Below, piece by piece: positions 1 to 10,054 of a stretch of 64,000 nt of DNA. The translations under genes were made by a program, and so were the position numbers. Below the pieces are notes generated by a model. It saw nothing but the letters and a program-made list of their open reading frames with translations, did no database searches and was not told where the DNA came from. The stretch comes from Acholeplasmataceae bacterium (GTDB lineage Bacteria > Bacillota_I > Bacilli_A > Acholeplasmatales > Acholeplasmataceae). Position 1 is the first letter of the stretch; every line of letters starts with the position of its first letter. The stretch covers positions 640,001-704,000 of the forward strand of contig OY775910.1 in assembly GCA_963675245.1 (NCBI GenBank), written 5' to 3'.

Positions 1-38
1 AAAAGGGTATTGCGCTTAACCAAGCACTATACCCTATT
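1..38 (-). terminator. Intrinsic terminator of the tsa operon
   Basis: AGGGTAT(4-10)/ATACCCT(29-35) stem with an A-run at 1-4 (U-tract on minus strand), just after the tsaD stop. Confidence 0.6.
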
Positions 39-39
39 T

Positions 40-1044
40 TTAATTTTCTAAGCTTTCAAATGTAATCGTTGATTCTCCACCTAACAAGTAATTAGGGTGT
101 GTTCCTTCTTTAAGATATTGATAATAAGCTGCTGCACCAATCATAGCGGCATTATCTGTACAATATTTCATGCTAGGAATAATGATTTCTATATCCTTAA
201 TTTCTTCAAATATTCTCTTTCTTAATCCTTTGTTAGCGGCAACCCCACCAGCAATAATAATTTGTTTGACATCAAACTTTTCAGCAGCCGCTTTTGTCTT
301 TTGAATGAGGACGTCTAAGACACTTGCTTGAAAGGATGCGCACATATCATCCACGTTGATTTCTTCGTGGCGTTGAGCGGCATTATGAACCACATTAATC
401 ACGGCACTTTTTAATCCAGAAAAACTGAAATTAAATGTGTCATTTAGGTATGGTCTAGGAAGGTTATACGTATCTTTTCCTAGTGCTGCTTTTTTATCCA
501 CGATAGGACCACCAGGATAAGATAAACCCAAAGTTCTGGCGACTTTATCATATGCTTCTCCAACAGCATCGTCTAAGGTCGTACCAATCATTTTAATGTC
601 CATATCTTCTTTTATGTATAATAGTTCTGTATGTCCGCCACTGACTAATAACGCAAGTGCTGGGAACTTCATATCATGTTCAATACCCGCAGCGTAAATA
701 TGACCAATTAAATGATTAACACCAATGATTGGCTTCCCATTTGCGAATGCGAAAGCACTTGCTGCATTGATACCAACAAGCAGTGAACCAATTAATCCAG
801 GACCTCTTGTTACAGCGACTAAGTCGATGTCACAAATGGCTAATTGACTCTCTTTAATTGCTTGTTCAAATATTCGTGTCATATGCACTATATGGTTTCG
901 TGAAGCGATTTCCGGAACAACCCCACCATAAATTTTATGAATATCAATTTGGGATAAAACAATGTGAGATAAAACCTCTTTGCCATCTTTTACAATAGCC
1001 ACACTTGTCTCATCACAACTTGATTCAACTGCTAAAATAATCAT
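40..1044 (-). CDS. tsaD: tRNA N6-threonylcarbamoyladenosine transferase TsaD
   Basis: [42 protein letters not shown] motifs. Confidence 0.97.
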   Translation of the reverse strand: MIILAVESSCDETSVAIVKDGKEVLSHIVLSQIDIHKIYGGVVPEIASRNHIVHMTRIFEQAIKESQLAICDIDLVAVTRGPGLIGSLLVGINAASAFAFANGKPIIGVNHLIGHIYAAGIEHDMKFPALALLVSGGHTELLYIKEDMDIKMIGTTLDDAVGEAYDKVARTLGLSYPGGPIVDKKAALGKDTYNLPRPYLNDTFNFSFSGLKSAVINVVHNAAQRHEEINVDDMCASFQASVLDVLIQKTKAAAEKFDVKQIIIAGGVAANKGLRKRIFEEIKDIEIIIPSMKYCTDNAAMIGAAAYYQYLKEGTHPNYLLGGESTITFESLEN

Positions 1045-1047
1045 TAC

Positions 1048-1476
1048 TTACACTTCCTTTAAATAAACAATAGCGTCTTCATTTTTGTAATATTTATCTC
1101 TTGTATACGCTGGTTTAAATCCAAATTTTTCATATAAATGGCGTGCCCATTTGTTACTTACACGTACTTCTAATGTTACTGTTTTAACACCTAACCGTAT
1201 TACTTCATTCAATGTCTCATCAAGTATGTTTGATCCATATCCATTTCCTTGGTGAAGTTTTCCAACGACAAAATTTAATATCTCCGCTTTATCATCGATG
1301 ACATGGTAACCTATGTATCCAACAACTTCTGTATTCAGCTCAAAAACCATATACATGGCGAAAGGATTATTAACGATTTCATTATAGATAAAATTAGCCC
1401 CAAGCGTTGAGCGTAAACCTTGTTTCTCAAGCTTGACAATGGCTAATATATCACCTGTTGTTGCTCGTCTGATCAT
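1048..1476 (-). CDS. rimI: Ribosomal-protein-alanine N-acetyltransferase (GNAT)
   Basis: LEVRVSN..A..LYEKFGF, YY..EDA motifs; canonical position between tsaB and tsaD. Confidence 0.9.
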   Translation of the reverse strand: MIRRATTGDILAIVKLEKQGLRSTLGANFIYNEIVNNPFAMYMVFELNTEVVGYIGYHVIDDKAEILNFVVGKLHQGNGYGSNILDETLNEVIRLGVKTVTLEVRVSNKWARHLYEKFGFKPAYTRDKYYKNEDAIVYLKEV

Positions 1477-2053
1477 GGTTGTTCTCAGCTTCCGTTTTTC
1501 TTAAATAATTAGGAACTAAATCATGAATTTCATCAACTTTTTTCATATGTTTAAATATGTGTTTTGGTGATACTTCATAGTGTCTTTCATCAATAAAAAC
1601 AGTCTTCGCTTTTTTATAAGATGGATCATGTTTTAAGTCATCTAATAATACATAAGTATCATCTAAAATGACATGTCCGCTTTCATGTATATTTGCAAAT
1701 ACGTAACCTCTTCTAGCGTCTATTAACGCCGCTATTTTACCCTCATAACCACTTGTCATGAAGTAGAGACTACTCACTGTATAGACAGGAATATTCTTTG
1801 TGTAACCAAGCATTTTAGCGACCATTACAGCAATTCTAATACCCGTATATGAACCAGGTCCGACACCAACAACGATTTGATCAATATCATCAATTGTCAT
1901 TTTATTTCGTTTAATGATCTGTTCAACCCGATCAACCATATACTTAGCATGGTCACGTTTAGCGATTCTAATTGAAGAATCCTTTAAATCATCATCTTTT
2001 GCAATACCAACATACATGACAAGTGTCGATACATCTATTAATAATGTTTTCAT
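1451..2053 (-). CDS. tsaB: t6A biosynthesis protein TsaB
   Basis: GVGPGSYTGIRI, IDARRG, PNYLRKTEAE motifs. Confidence 0.95.
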   Translation of the reverse strand: MKTLLIDVSTLVMYVGIAKDDDLKDSSIRIAKRDHAKYMVDRVEQIIKRNKMTIDDIDQIVVGVGPGSYTGIRIAVMVAKMLGYTKNIPVYTVSSLYFMTSGYEGKIAALIDARRGYVFANIHESGHVILDDTYVLLDDLKHDPSYKKAKTVFIDERHYEVSPKHIFKHMKKVDEIHDLVPNYLRKTEAENNHDQTSNNR

Positions 2054-2508
2054 ATATATGTCACCGCCCGTTTACACGGAAAACCCACGCAAGTCAATGT
2101 GAGCTCGCGCGTGTTATCATCAATTTTATCAAATTTAATGAGTAAATGATCTTTTGGCATAAATTCAGATACTTGATATGGCCATTCGATAACCACCATA
2201 CCATTACCGTCAATATACTCTTCTAAATCAAAATCATTACCCACTTCATGAAGACGATATAAATCGAGATGATAAAATGTGTGTATTTTATCTTTCGATT
2301 GATATTTTTTCATAATGGTAAAGGTTGGACTATTTACAATTTCGTTAATACCATAACCTTTAGCGATACCTTGAGCCAAAGTTGTTTTACCGGAACCCAT
2401 TTCACCATCCAATAAAATGACGACATGTTTTTCATCTTTTAATAATAGTCCTAATTCAAAACCAACTCTATATGTCTCGTCTGCAGACGTTGTATACTTC
2501 TTTTTCAA
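2050..2508 (-). CDS. tsaE: t6A biosynthesis ATPase TsaE (TTG start)
   Basis: GEMGSGKTT, SPTFTI, HLDLYRL, IEW motifs. Confidence 0.95.
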   Translation of the reverse strand: MKKKYTTSADETYRVGFELGLLLKDEKHVVILLDGEMGSGKTTLAQGIAKGYGINEIVNSPTFTIMKKYQSKDKIHTFYHLDLYRLHEVGNDFDLEEYIDGNGMVVIEWPYQVSEFMPKDHLLIKFDKIDDNTRELTLTCVGFPCKRAVTYI

Positions 2509-2516
2509 TTAAATCC

Positions 2517-3821
2517 CTACTTTAACATATTTTCGTAACCTTGCTTACCTAGCAAAGCGAACATATTCTTTTTATACGCTTCAACACCTGGTTGATTAAA
2601 TGGATTAACACCAATCAAATAAGCTGATAGTGCACATGCTTTTTCGAAGAAATAGACAAGATATCCGAATGTATAACTATCGAACTTAGGTATCGTTAAA
2701 ATAATGTTTGGAACTTGTCCGTCTGTATGTGCCATGACAGTCCCTTTTAATGCTTGTTCATTCACGTAAGACAATTTCTTGCCAGCAATATAATTAAGTT
2801 GATCTAAATTATCTTCATCTTCTGGAATATTGATATCTGCATCAAATTCGTTAACGCGAATAACTGTCTCAAATAAATGTCTTTCTCCTTCTTGAATATA
2901 TTGTCCAAGAGAGTGAAGATCGGTTGAGAAGCCAGCAGAAGCAACAAATAATCCTTTGTTGTCTTTACCTTCAGATTCTCCAAATAACTGTTTCCACCAT
3001 TCGTTCACAAACAACAATCTTGGTTCATATCCAACAAGCATTTCAATCTTTTTACCCATCGTGTACAAAATATAACGGGTTGTCGCGTAAAGGTATGCTT
3101 CGTTTTGAGTCACATCTGGATTCGCAAATCTTTCCATCGCATCCTTAGCGCCCTTTAGCATCGCGTCAGTGTCTGCGTTCGCACATGCGAGAGGTAATAA
3201 CCCTACTGGTGTTAAAACGCTAAATCTGCCGCCAATATCGTCTGGAATGACAAACATTTCATAACCGTTTTGTTTTGAAAGTGAATAAAGCGCTCCACGT
3301 GCTTTATCTGTGGTCGCATAAATACGTTCTTTCGCCTCTTCTTTACCAACACGATCTTCTAAAAGTTTTTTTAGGACTCTAAATGCGATTGCTGGCTCTG
3401 TTGTTGTTCCTGATTTTGAAATAACATTAATACTAAATGATTTATTATCAAGGTAATTAACGAGGTGCTTTAAATAACTACCTGACATTTGATGACCCGC
3501 AAAAATAATTTCTAAATCCCCATCAGAAAATGGTGTCTTTAAAAATTCAATACCCGCTTTGGCACCTAAATAAGATCCGCCAATACCGATAACAACTAAC
3601 ACTTCACTTTGTTTTCTGATTTTTTTGCTCGCTTTAATCACACGTGCATATTCTTCTTTATCATAAGCAGTTGGCCAATCCAACCATCCTAAAAAGTCGT
3701 TACCTGCACCTGTTTTTTCGTGAATCATTTGATGAACTTCTTTTACTCTTTCGTGCAAATCCTCTGGTTGCACACTCAAAAATTTGCGCACATCATTTAG
3801 CGCGATTTGGATAGAATCCAT
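2517..3821 (-). CDS. pgi: Glucose-6-phosphate isomerase
   Basis: [42 protein letters not shown]. Confidence 0.97.
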   Translation of the reverse strand: MDSIQIALNDVRKFLSVQPEDLHERVKEVHQMIHEKTGAGNDFLGWLDWPTAYDKEEYARVIKASKKIRKQSEVLVVIGIGGSYLGAKAGIEFLKTPFSDGDLEIIFAGHQMSGSYLKHLVNYLDNKSFSINVISKSGTTTEPAIAFRVLKKLLEDRVGKEEAKERIYATTDKARGALYSLSKQNGYEMFVIPDDIGGRFSVLTPVGLLPLACANADTDAMLKGAKDAMERFANPDVTQNEAYLYATTRYILYTMGKKIEMLVGYEPRLLFVNEWWKQLFGESEGKDNKGLFVASAGFSTDLHSLGQYIQEGERHLFETVIRVNEFDADINIPEDEDNLDQLNYIAGKKLSYVNEQALKGTVMAHTDGQVPNIILTIPKFDSYTFGYLVYFFEKACALSAYLIGVNPFNQPGVEAYKKNMFALLGKQGYENMLK

Positions 3822-3832
3822 TCTATATACCT

Positions 3833-4156
3833 CTATTTCTTAGTTTTCTCGATCCAAAAAGGCAACGCCTTAGATAAAGAGTGAAACCCTTTTTGAATCT
3901 TTACCATTTTTTGAATTTTAGGGTGGACAGGGTTAGCTTCCTTATAGCTTAATTTTAATCTTTTTTGATCTTCATCAATTTCTAGAATAACTGTTTCAAC
4001 AACATCACCAACATCAAGAATATCTTCTAAGGATGGTACATACTGATCTGAAACTTCAGAAATATGAATGAGACCAACATACTCATCACATTGGACAAAA
4101 ACGCCATACGATTGAATACCCGTAATCCGACATGAAACATGATCTTTTACATTCAT
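3833..4156 (-). CDS. S1 RNA-binding domain protein (YugI/GSP13-like)
   Basis: [22 protein letters not shown]...LP.WI; start moved to ATG 4156 (GAGG SD, TGATATAAT -10 just upstream). Confidence 0.85.
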   Translation of the reverse strand: MNVKDHVSCRITGIQSYGVFVQCDEYVGLIHISEVSDQYVPSLEDILDVGDVVETVILEIDEDQKRLKLSYKEANPVHPKIQKMVKIQKGFHSLSKALPFWIEKTKK

Positions 4157-4210
4157 AATTAACCTCGTATAGATTATATCATATTTCATTATCTCATCTG
4201 TGTTATCACG

Positions 4211-4263
4211 AAAAGAAAAAGCGAATGTTATAAATCTTTAAAAGATTTATCAAACAAACGCTT
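4211..4263 (-). terminator. Long-stem terminator after degV
   Basis: ATAAATCTTT(4230-39)/AAAGATTTAT(4241-50) extended by AAGCG/CGCTT; A-run 4211-4220. Confidence 0.55.
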
Positions 4264-4278
4264 CTTATTTTCTATTGT

Positions 4279-5121
4279 TTACTCATATGTAAGGTAGACA
4301 CTTAATCCACCTAAACCCACATGTGCTGAGATCACTGGAGAAATGATACCTGTAATTTTCACACTTATTTTATCACTTAATTGATAAATATTGTGTTCTA
4401 ACTCTTTCGCATCTATACTACGATCAACATAAGATATTCTTACGATGACTTGTTTTCCAAACTCAAGTAACTTCTTCGTTTCATTCACTAAATATTCCAT
4501 CGCTTTTGAAACGCCTCTCACTTTATGCTCTAACTCTAAAACACCTTGTTTAAATCTTAAAATAGGTTTGATTCTTAGAATATTTCCAATAAATGCTGAA
4601 ATCATTCCTAAGCGACCATTTCTATGAAGTGTTTGTAAGTCATTGACAGTAAAAATTAAACTGCCTTTTTTCTTAATGACTTCAAGTTCTTCTAAACCTT
4701 CTTGTGCACTATGTCCTTCATCAAGATACGCAATTAATTTTTCTGTTAGATAAGCACCACCGTTGATTGTAGTCTCACTATCAACAACATGTACTTTAGG
4801 ATTATCAATAATCGTTGAAGCGAGCGTAGCACTATTAAGTGTTCCACTTAATGTTTTTGATAACGTCATACAAATAACTTCTTCATATGTTTCAAGTTGC
4901 TTGTTAATCGCTTCTATAAATTGTTCTGGTGCGGGTTGACTTGTTTTAATGCTCTGTTTATTGTTAAATGCTTGTATAACTAATTCTGGATCAAAGCTAC
5001 CGTCTTGATATTCTTTGTTGCCAATAATGACTTTAAGTGGCACGATGCTTAGATGCTGTTCTTCAGCAAATGCTTCCTCAATACCAAAAGTTGAATCAAT
5101 CACAATTCCCACTTTTCGCAT
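4279..5121 (-). CDS. DegV/FakB-family fatty acid-binding protein
   Basis: DST, TSQP, LSKTLSGT, L..NGR, ISAHVG motifs; ATG 5121 preceded by AGGAGGTG. Confidence 0.92.
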   Translation of the reverse strand: MRKVGIVIDSTFGIEEAFAEEQHLSIVPLKVIIGNKEYQDGSFDPELVIQAFNNKQSIKTSQPAPEQFIEAINKQLETYEEVICMTLSKTLSGTLNSATLASTIIDNPKVHVVDSETTINGGAYLTEKLIAYLDEGHSAQEGLEELEVIKKKGSLIFTVNDLQTLHRNGRLGMISAFIGNILRIKPILRFKQGVLELEHKVRGVSKAMEYLVNETKKLLEFGKQVIVRISYVDRSIDAKELEHNIYQLSDKISVKITGIISPVISAHVGLGGLSVYLTYE

Positions 5122-5177
5122 GTATTTCACCTCCTATAGGTTTTTACTGCTATCCACATTGATTATATCATTTCTGT

Positions 5178-5207
5178 AAAAGAAAAGCGCTCTGTCCAAG
5201 CGCTTTT
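5178..5207 (-). terminator. Terminator after the NifU-family gene
   Basis: AAAAGCGCT/AGCGCTTTT stem flanked by A/T runs. Confidence 0.6.
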
Positions 5208-5211
5208 ATAT

Positions 5212-5442
5212 TTAATCAACCGTTACTACGGCAATTACTCCTGGTACGTTTTCGAGTAACATTGTTTCAATACCTTGCTTAAGTGTGACATCAAGTGCAA
5301 CACATCCATCACAAGCGCCGGTCATTTTAACATATACTATGCCATCTTCTACGCTTACTATTTCAATATCGCCGCCGTCACGTTGTAAATAAGGTCTCAC
5401 CTTATCAATCAGACTAAATACTTGTTGTTCTGTCTCATTCAT
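5212..5442 (-). CDS. NifU/Nfu-family Fe-S carrier protein
   Basis: VRPYLQRDGGD, GACDGC, TLKQGIE; start at ATG 5442 after GAAGGTGA. Confidence 0.9.
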   Translation of the reverse strand: MNETEQQVFSLIDKVRPYLQRDGGDIEIVSVEDGIVYVKMTGACDGCVALDVTLKQGIETMLLENVPGVIAVVTVD

Positions 5443-5494
5443 CAGGACATCACCTTCCTCTCTTCGCATATCTAGTATAGCCTAAAAGGTTATG

Positions 5495-5818
5495 CTATTC
5501 AACTGTTTCATCTTGTTCATCAGTAACGTCATTATCATTCGTCTTTGTCCGTTTATTGCTGACGCGTTTCAAAATAAAGTAAGCACAGTTATAATTACAC
5601 GATTCATTTAAATAATCAGGAATACGTGTAAAGCCATTTTCACTTTTAGGATCTTTATTGAATCCACGAAGTCTTAATTTTTCTGAAGAAACATCACCAA
5701 CGATATACGTATATTTATTAAAAGCTACTGGAACGTATCTTTCAATAAACATTTCGAGATTAAATGCTTCTTTATAATCTTTAATTAATTCAAATTCTCC
5801 AAATTCTGTTTCAATCAT
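5495..5818 (-). CDS. YutD-family protein
   Basis: YIVGD, LRLRGF, DYLNESCNYNCAYFIL. Confidence 0.85.
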   Translation of the reverse strand: MIETEFGEFELIKDYKEAFNLEMFIERYVPVAFNKYTYIVGDVSSEKLRLRGFNKDPKSENGFTRIPDYLNESCNYNCAYFILKRVSNKRTKTNDNDVTDEQDETVE

Positions 5819-6942
5819 TATGATAACCTCTCAAGTAAGACAACAGCTTCCGCTGCCATCGCTTCTTCTTTGCCAATGGCTTCTAACCCTTCATATGTGG
5901 TTGCCTTAACGCTAATTTTTTCTATGTCTACATTTAGCATTGTAGCAATATTTTCTCTAATTGTCGTCATATGTGGATTTAATTTTGGCATTTGTGCGTA
6001 AATTGTTGAATCTATATTTCTAATAAAATATCCTTTTTCTGTGATTAACTCATGTGCTTTTTTCAATATTTCTTTAGAGTCTAAGTCTTTGTATCTTGGG
6101 TCTGTATCAGGAAAATGAGTGCCTAAGTCTCCTAATGCCAGAGCACCCAGTAATGCTTCACTGATTGCATGTAGTAAAACATCAGCATCGCTATGTCCAA
6201 GTAACCCTTTTGAGTGTTCGATCTCAATGCCACCTAAAATCAGTTTTCTGCCTTCTTTTAATCTGTGTAAATCAAAGCTATGTCCAATTCGTCTTTGAAT
6301 ATCACTTTCAATCATAAGTTTAAACGCTTTAAAGTCTTCAGGGTAGGTTAATTTGGGGTTAGCTTTTTTAGATAGAATCACTTCCACTTGTTCATCCGGA
6401 TAAAATGCTTGATATAAACCGATATCGTCATCATAGTGTTTTGTGTTTCTTATATAAGCATATTTGATTTTTTCAGTTAGAAACGCTTGTGGGGTTTGTG
6501 CTAAAATATATTGATTGCGATCTTTAGACTCAACGTGATGATTATTATATAACTTTAGCGCTGAAGTAACGGGTTCTGCTAAAAACACAGCATCATGTAA
6601 TTCAAGCGCACTTTCTACTTTTTTTATATCTTCAATAGATACCATCGGACGTGCAGCATCATGAATATACACATAAGGCGTGATGACTTCGGCAAGTCCT
6701 GATCTAACACTATCGCTTCTTGTTTTTCCACCGATGACAAGTTTCACATTGTCATCAACATAGGTCTTTATTGTATCTAAATCATTTTTCGCTACAACTA
6801 AAATAACTTGATAACCTAACGCTAAATAAGTTTCTACACTATAAAGAAAAATAGGTTTATCATTTACTTTAAAAAGGACTTTTGATTCATTAAGTTGTGA
6901 TCTGCTGCCTGATCCTGCAGCAACGATTAGTGCCGTATTCAT
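5818..6942 (-). CDS. ispDF: Bifunctional IspD/IspF (MEP cytidylyltransferase / MEcPP synthase)
   Basis: N-half AAGSGSR, IHDAARP, QTPQAF, KLTYPED; C-half GHSFDLH, GHSDADVLLHA, SVKATTYEGL. Confidence 0.93.
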   Translation of the reverse strand: MNTALIVAAGSGSRSQLNESKVLFKVNDKPIFLYSVETYLALGYQVILVVAKNDLDTIKTYVDDNVKLVIGGKTRSDSVRSGLAEVITPYVYIHDAARPMVSIEDIKKVESALELHDAVFLAEPVTSALKLYNNHHVESKDRNQYILAQTPQAFLTEKIKYAYIRNTKHYDDDIGLYQAFYPDEQVEVILSKKANPKLTYPEDFKAFKLMIESDIQRRIGHSFDLHRLKEGRKLILGGIEIEHSKGLLGHSDADVLLHAISEALLGALALGDLGTHFPDTDPRYKDLDSKEILKKAHELITEKGYFIRNIDSTIYAQMPKLNPHMTTIRENIATMLNVDIEKISVKATTYEGLEAIGKEEAMAAEAVVLLERLS

Positions 6943-6943
6943 A

Positions 6944-7459
6944 CTACCCCTTTATATAGCCATCTAGTTTTTCATCTAATTCTGATATCTCAATATGATT
7001 GATAAATTGAAATGGATAAATGACGCCAACAGCTTTTTTTGGTCGATGATTTTTTAAGTATCGATCATAAAACCCTTTACCGTATCCAATACGGTGATTG
7101 TTCTGATCAATCGCTAATGCTGGAACAATCATATAATCGATTGTATCAATGTATGGTGTTCCTTCTTCTGGTTCATACACACCAAATGCGCTTTTGATAA
7201 AGCGCATCTCGTCATTATATGGATAAAACGTCATATCTAATCCATTTACTTTCGGAAATAGAAATACTTTATTGTCTTTCAATAGATCACGCAAATCTAT
7301 TTCAAAGGACATCGGATAAAAAAGCGCTACGGTTTTTGCTTGTTGATATCTTTTATCTGCACGAATTAAAGTAACGATTTGTTTATCTAACTCTTTTTTT
7401 TCTTCAGAATTCAATGATTTCCTTAAGTTAATCATGTGCTTTCTAATATTTTTTTTCAC
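6944..7459 (-). CDS. 5-formyltetrahydrofolate cyclo-ligase
   Basis: FGVYEP, IVPALA, RIGYGKGFYDRYL. Confidence 0.92.
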   Translation of the reverse strand: MKKNIRKHMINLRKSLNSEEKKELDKQIVTLIRADKRYQQAKTVALFYPMSFEIDLRDLLKDNKVFLFPKVNGLDMTFYPYNDEMRFIKSAFGVYEPEEGTPYIDTIDYMIVPALAIDQNNHRIGYGKGFYDRYLKNHRPKKAVGVIYPFQFINHIEISELDEKLDGYIKG

Positions 7460-9033
7460 GCACTTATATCCTTATAAAAACATATATGTCCATTATAGTT
7501 TGGTGATTCAGCAATCTTAATCGCTTGAACTGCTGCTTGATATAATTGATGTTCTTCTTGCGCATCACCACCACCAACAGCCACGCCTCCAAACACTTCA
7601 AGTTCAGTTTGAATAGAACCGTATTGCATTTGAAGGTTTAAGAATTTAGGGTTAGTTTTCGTGCCACTTTCCAAAACTTCCATTTTTCTTGGATCTGTAA
7701 GAGTAACAGCAAATTCAATACCTGAAATACGGAAGATACCACCAGATTCAGAAACAAAGTTTTGACGCATCTTCTTAATGTATTCAGCCATTAACATATT
7801 ACCGACTTCTCTGCCATGCGTTTCATTAATAGTCGGGATATTCTTTAACCTAAATATTAAACATTGGAAATATCTGTTTGAATTAAATAATTGATGCATG
7901 TGGACCATAAAGTCGTTATGGTCTTTTAAATGATCTAATTCATCAATATGAGACGATTGGAAGTGTTTCGTTTGTATAGGGTTTAGTGTTCCCATGATGG
8001 TCGCAGTCTGTTGATCTTCAAATAAGCGAATGCCTTTTTCTCTAAACCAGCGATACTGATTATTTACCATCACACGATAAGAAGCTGTGTATTTACGTTT
8101 GTTAATCGTTAAGTCGCCTAGTATGGCTAGATATTTCTTAAGATCCTCTGCTTCAATTAAACGTCTAAAATCAGTTAAGTCAATAAGATTTCCGGGTAGA
8201 TTCAACGATGAGACCAAACTATCTGATGCCCAAATAGTTCGTTCATCTAAATCAATATAAAATAATCCTTCATCTGATAAGTCTAGCGTAGCGATGAATT
8301 TGTGTCTAATACTTTCAAGCTCATTATTTCGATCGCTTAGCTCTCTTTCAACCGCCAGCATATCAAAATCTGTTTTCTTTTCACCAACACAAATTCTTCC
8401 TTTGTATTTACCTAATACGTAAACTGGTTGCATAACCAAGTGAAGAATTACAGGATTGCCATCGTAATTAAGAAACGATAATTCCTGAATTTCTTCATCG
8501 CCTTGATGTGCATGATTTTTATAGTCTAAATAATAATTTTCAAGTTGACGATTATTGATTTCAGTATCGTTTAGTCTAGTAAACCTTACAGATTTATTTA
8601 ATACTTGAAATAATTTTTTACCAATGACTTCGTCTTTTTCTAAATTCAATTCTTGTAATAAACTAAATGATATATCTCTAATACGTTCTTTTTTATCAAC
8701 CACGTAATACGCATTCCATCTACTGTTTTTAATCGATTTAACAAACAGTTGATAGTGATTAGTTTTTAGTGTGGCTGTTTTAAATGTGGCATATAACACT
8801 AAAACAAACACACCATACACGGCAAAGTTAAAGTAAATATAAATTTGTTCATAGGTGGCATTAGTTAAAATGATGGTTTCATAAATGACAAACACAAAAA
8901 TCGTGATGGCAACATTCAAAAAAGCAAGAACTAATCTGTTCTTTAAAACCTTTTCTGTTTGAATGCTTTGCATCACCACGAGAAATAATGTGAATACAGT
9001 TATGATGAGTGGGTAAATTGGGTGTTGTAACAT
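7456..9033 (-). CDS. Membrane protein: 3 TM + PAS-like domains + degenerate GGDEF domain
   Basis: Three hydrophobic N-terminal segments; PAS-like YRWFREKG; INETHGREVGN and FRISGIEFAV (SGIEF replacing GGDEF). Confidence 0.75.
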   Translation of the reverse strand: MLQHPIYPLIITVFTLFLVVMQSIQTEKVLKNRLVLAFLNVAITIFVFVIYETIILTNATYEQIYIYFNFAVYGVFVLVLYATFKTATLKTNHYQLFVKSIKNSRWNAYYVVDKKERIRDISFSLLQELNLEKDEVIGKKLFQVLNKSVRFTRLNDTEINNRQLENYYLDYKNHAHQGDEEIQELSFLNYDGNPVILHLVMQPVYVLGKYKGRICVGEKKTDFDMLAVERELSDRNNELESIRHKFIATLDLSDEGLFYIDLDERTIWASDSLVSSLNLPGNLIDLTDFRRLIEAEDLKKYLAILGDLTINKRKYTASYRVMVNNQYRWFREKGIRLFEDQQTATIMGTLNPIQTKHFQSSHIDELDHLKDHNDFMVHMHQLFNSNRYFQCLIFRLKNIPTINETHGREVGNMLMAEYIKKMRQNFVSESGGIFRISGIEFAVTLTDPRKMEVLESGTKTNPKFLNLQMQYGSIQTELEVFGGVAVGGGDAQEEHQLYQAAVQAIKIAESPNYNGHICFYKDISA

Positions 9034-9057
9034 CGGGTCATCACCTTCTAAAGACGA

Positions 9058-9231
9058 TTATGCAAGTGTGTTGATATAATACATCAATATCACAATAACG
9101 GCAGAAATAACTAGTGCTAAAACATATTGCATGAATTTATACTTGATCAAAAAACTAGCAATACTATCGGCTACTTTTCTACTAAACACAAATTGAAATG
9201 GAAAAACAAACACTTTAAAAATATTTTTCAT
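9058..9231 (-). CDS. Small 57-aa membrane protein (not in ORF track)
   Basis: Hand translation MKNIFKVFVFPFQFVFSRKVADSIASFLIKYKFMQYVLALVISAVIVILMYYINTLA*; AGGTGA SD; fills the gap between cdaA and the GGDEF gene. Confidence 0.75.
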   Translation of the reverse strand: MKNIFKVFVFPFQFVFSRKVADSIASFLIKYKFMQYVLALVISAVIVILMYYINTLA

Positions 9232-9239
9232 GTTGTCAC

Positions 9240-9995
9240 CTACTTCATAAACATATTGAGATATTCTGTTAACTTTTCACGACTATTCATCTTTAACAAA
9301 ATACCTTCAATAGCAATTGATATGCCACCTGTTTCTTCTGAAACAAGGACGGTTAAACTATCCGTTAATTCACTAATACCAAGTCCGGCACGATGTCTCG
9401 ATCCCATCGTTTTCTCATAAGATTGATTTTCTGTTAAAACAAAATAGGCACCGGCACACAATATCTTATCACCACGAATAATGACAGCACCATCGTGTAG
9501 TGGTGTGAGTGGTGTAAAAATATTAACTAGAAGTTCTTTCGAAACTTCGCTGTTCATCATGATTGCTTTATCAGCATATTGATCTAGTGTGTTATGTTTT
9601 TCGATGGTAATTAACGCACCAGTTCTGTGTTCTGATAAATCCATTACAGCTTCAATAATGTTTTCTTTTGTACGTTCACTACCCATAATAACAATATCGT
9701 TTTTCTTATCTGACTTCCAAATTAAATCAATTGATCTACGAATATCTGGTGCCATAATAATGACTAAGATAAGCGGGGATGCTGTGACAAGATAACCAAC
9801 AAATTCTTGGCTGACTGGTAAGTCGATACTTGGTGAACTAGCTAAATAATATAAACCGAGTAGCACTAGAAAAATCAAGCCGATAGAAAACATCTTACGA
9901 TTTGAAATAAGAAGTTTGATTGCGACAATCACTATAATGAAAACAAGATATAAATCTAAAACGAATCGCCAAATTGGTTGTCCAAAAATCGTCAT
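9240..9995 (-). CDS. cdaA: Membrane diadenylate cyclase CdaA/DacA
   Basis: 3 TM helices then GALI, TPLHDGAVII, GSRHRAGLGISE, VSEETG. Confidence 0.93.
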   Translation of the reverse strand: MTIFGQPIWRFVLDLYLVFIIVIVAIKLLISNRKMFSIGLIFLVLLGLYYLASSPSIDLPVSQEFVGYLVTASPLILVIIMAPDIRRSIDLIWKSDKKNDIVIMGSERTKENIIEAVMDLSEHRTGALITIEKHNTLDQYADKAIMMNSEVSKELLVNIFTPLTPLHDGAVIIRGDKILCAGAYFVLTENQSYEKTMGSRHRAGLGISELTDSLTVLVSEETGGISIAIEGILLKMNSREKLTEYLNMFMK

Positions 9996-10054
9996 ATGAC
10001 CAGTGCTCCTTTTGTTTATATTATATCATAAAGATGTTGATAAAACTGTTCTGT

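Noticed and set aside
9127..9420. 97-aa plus-strand ORF
   Set aside because: Antisense to cdaA and to the better-supported 57-aa minus-strand ORF
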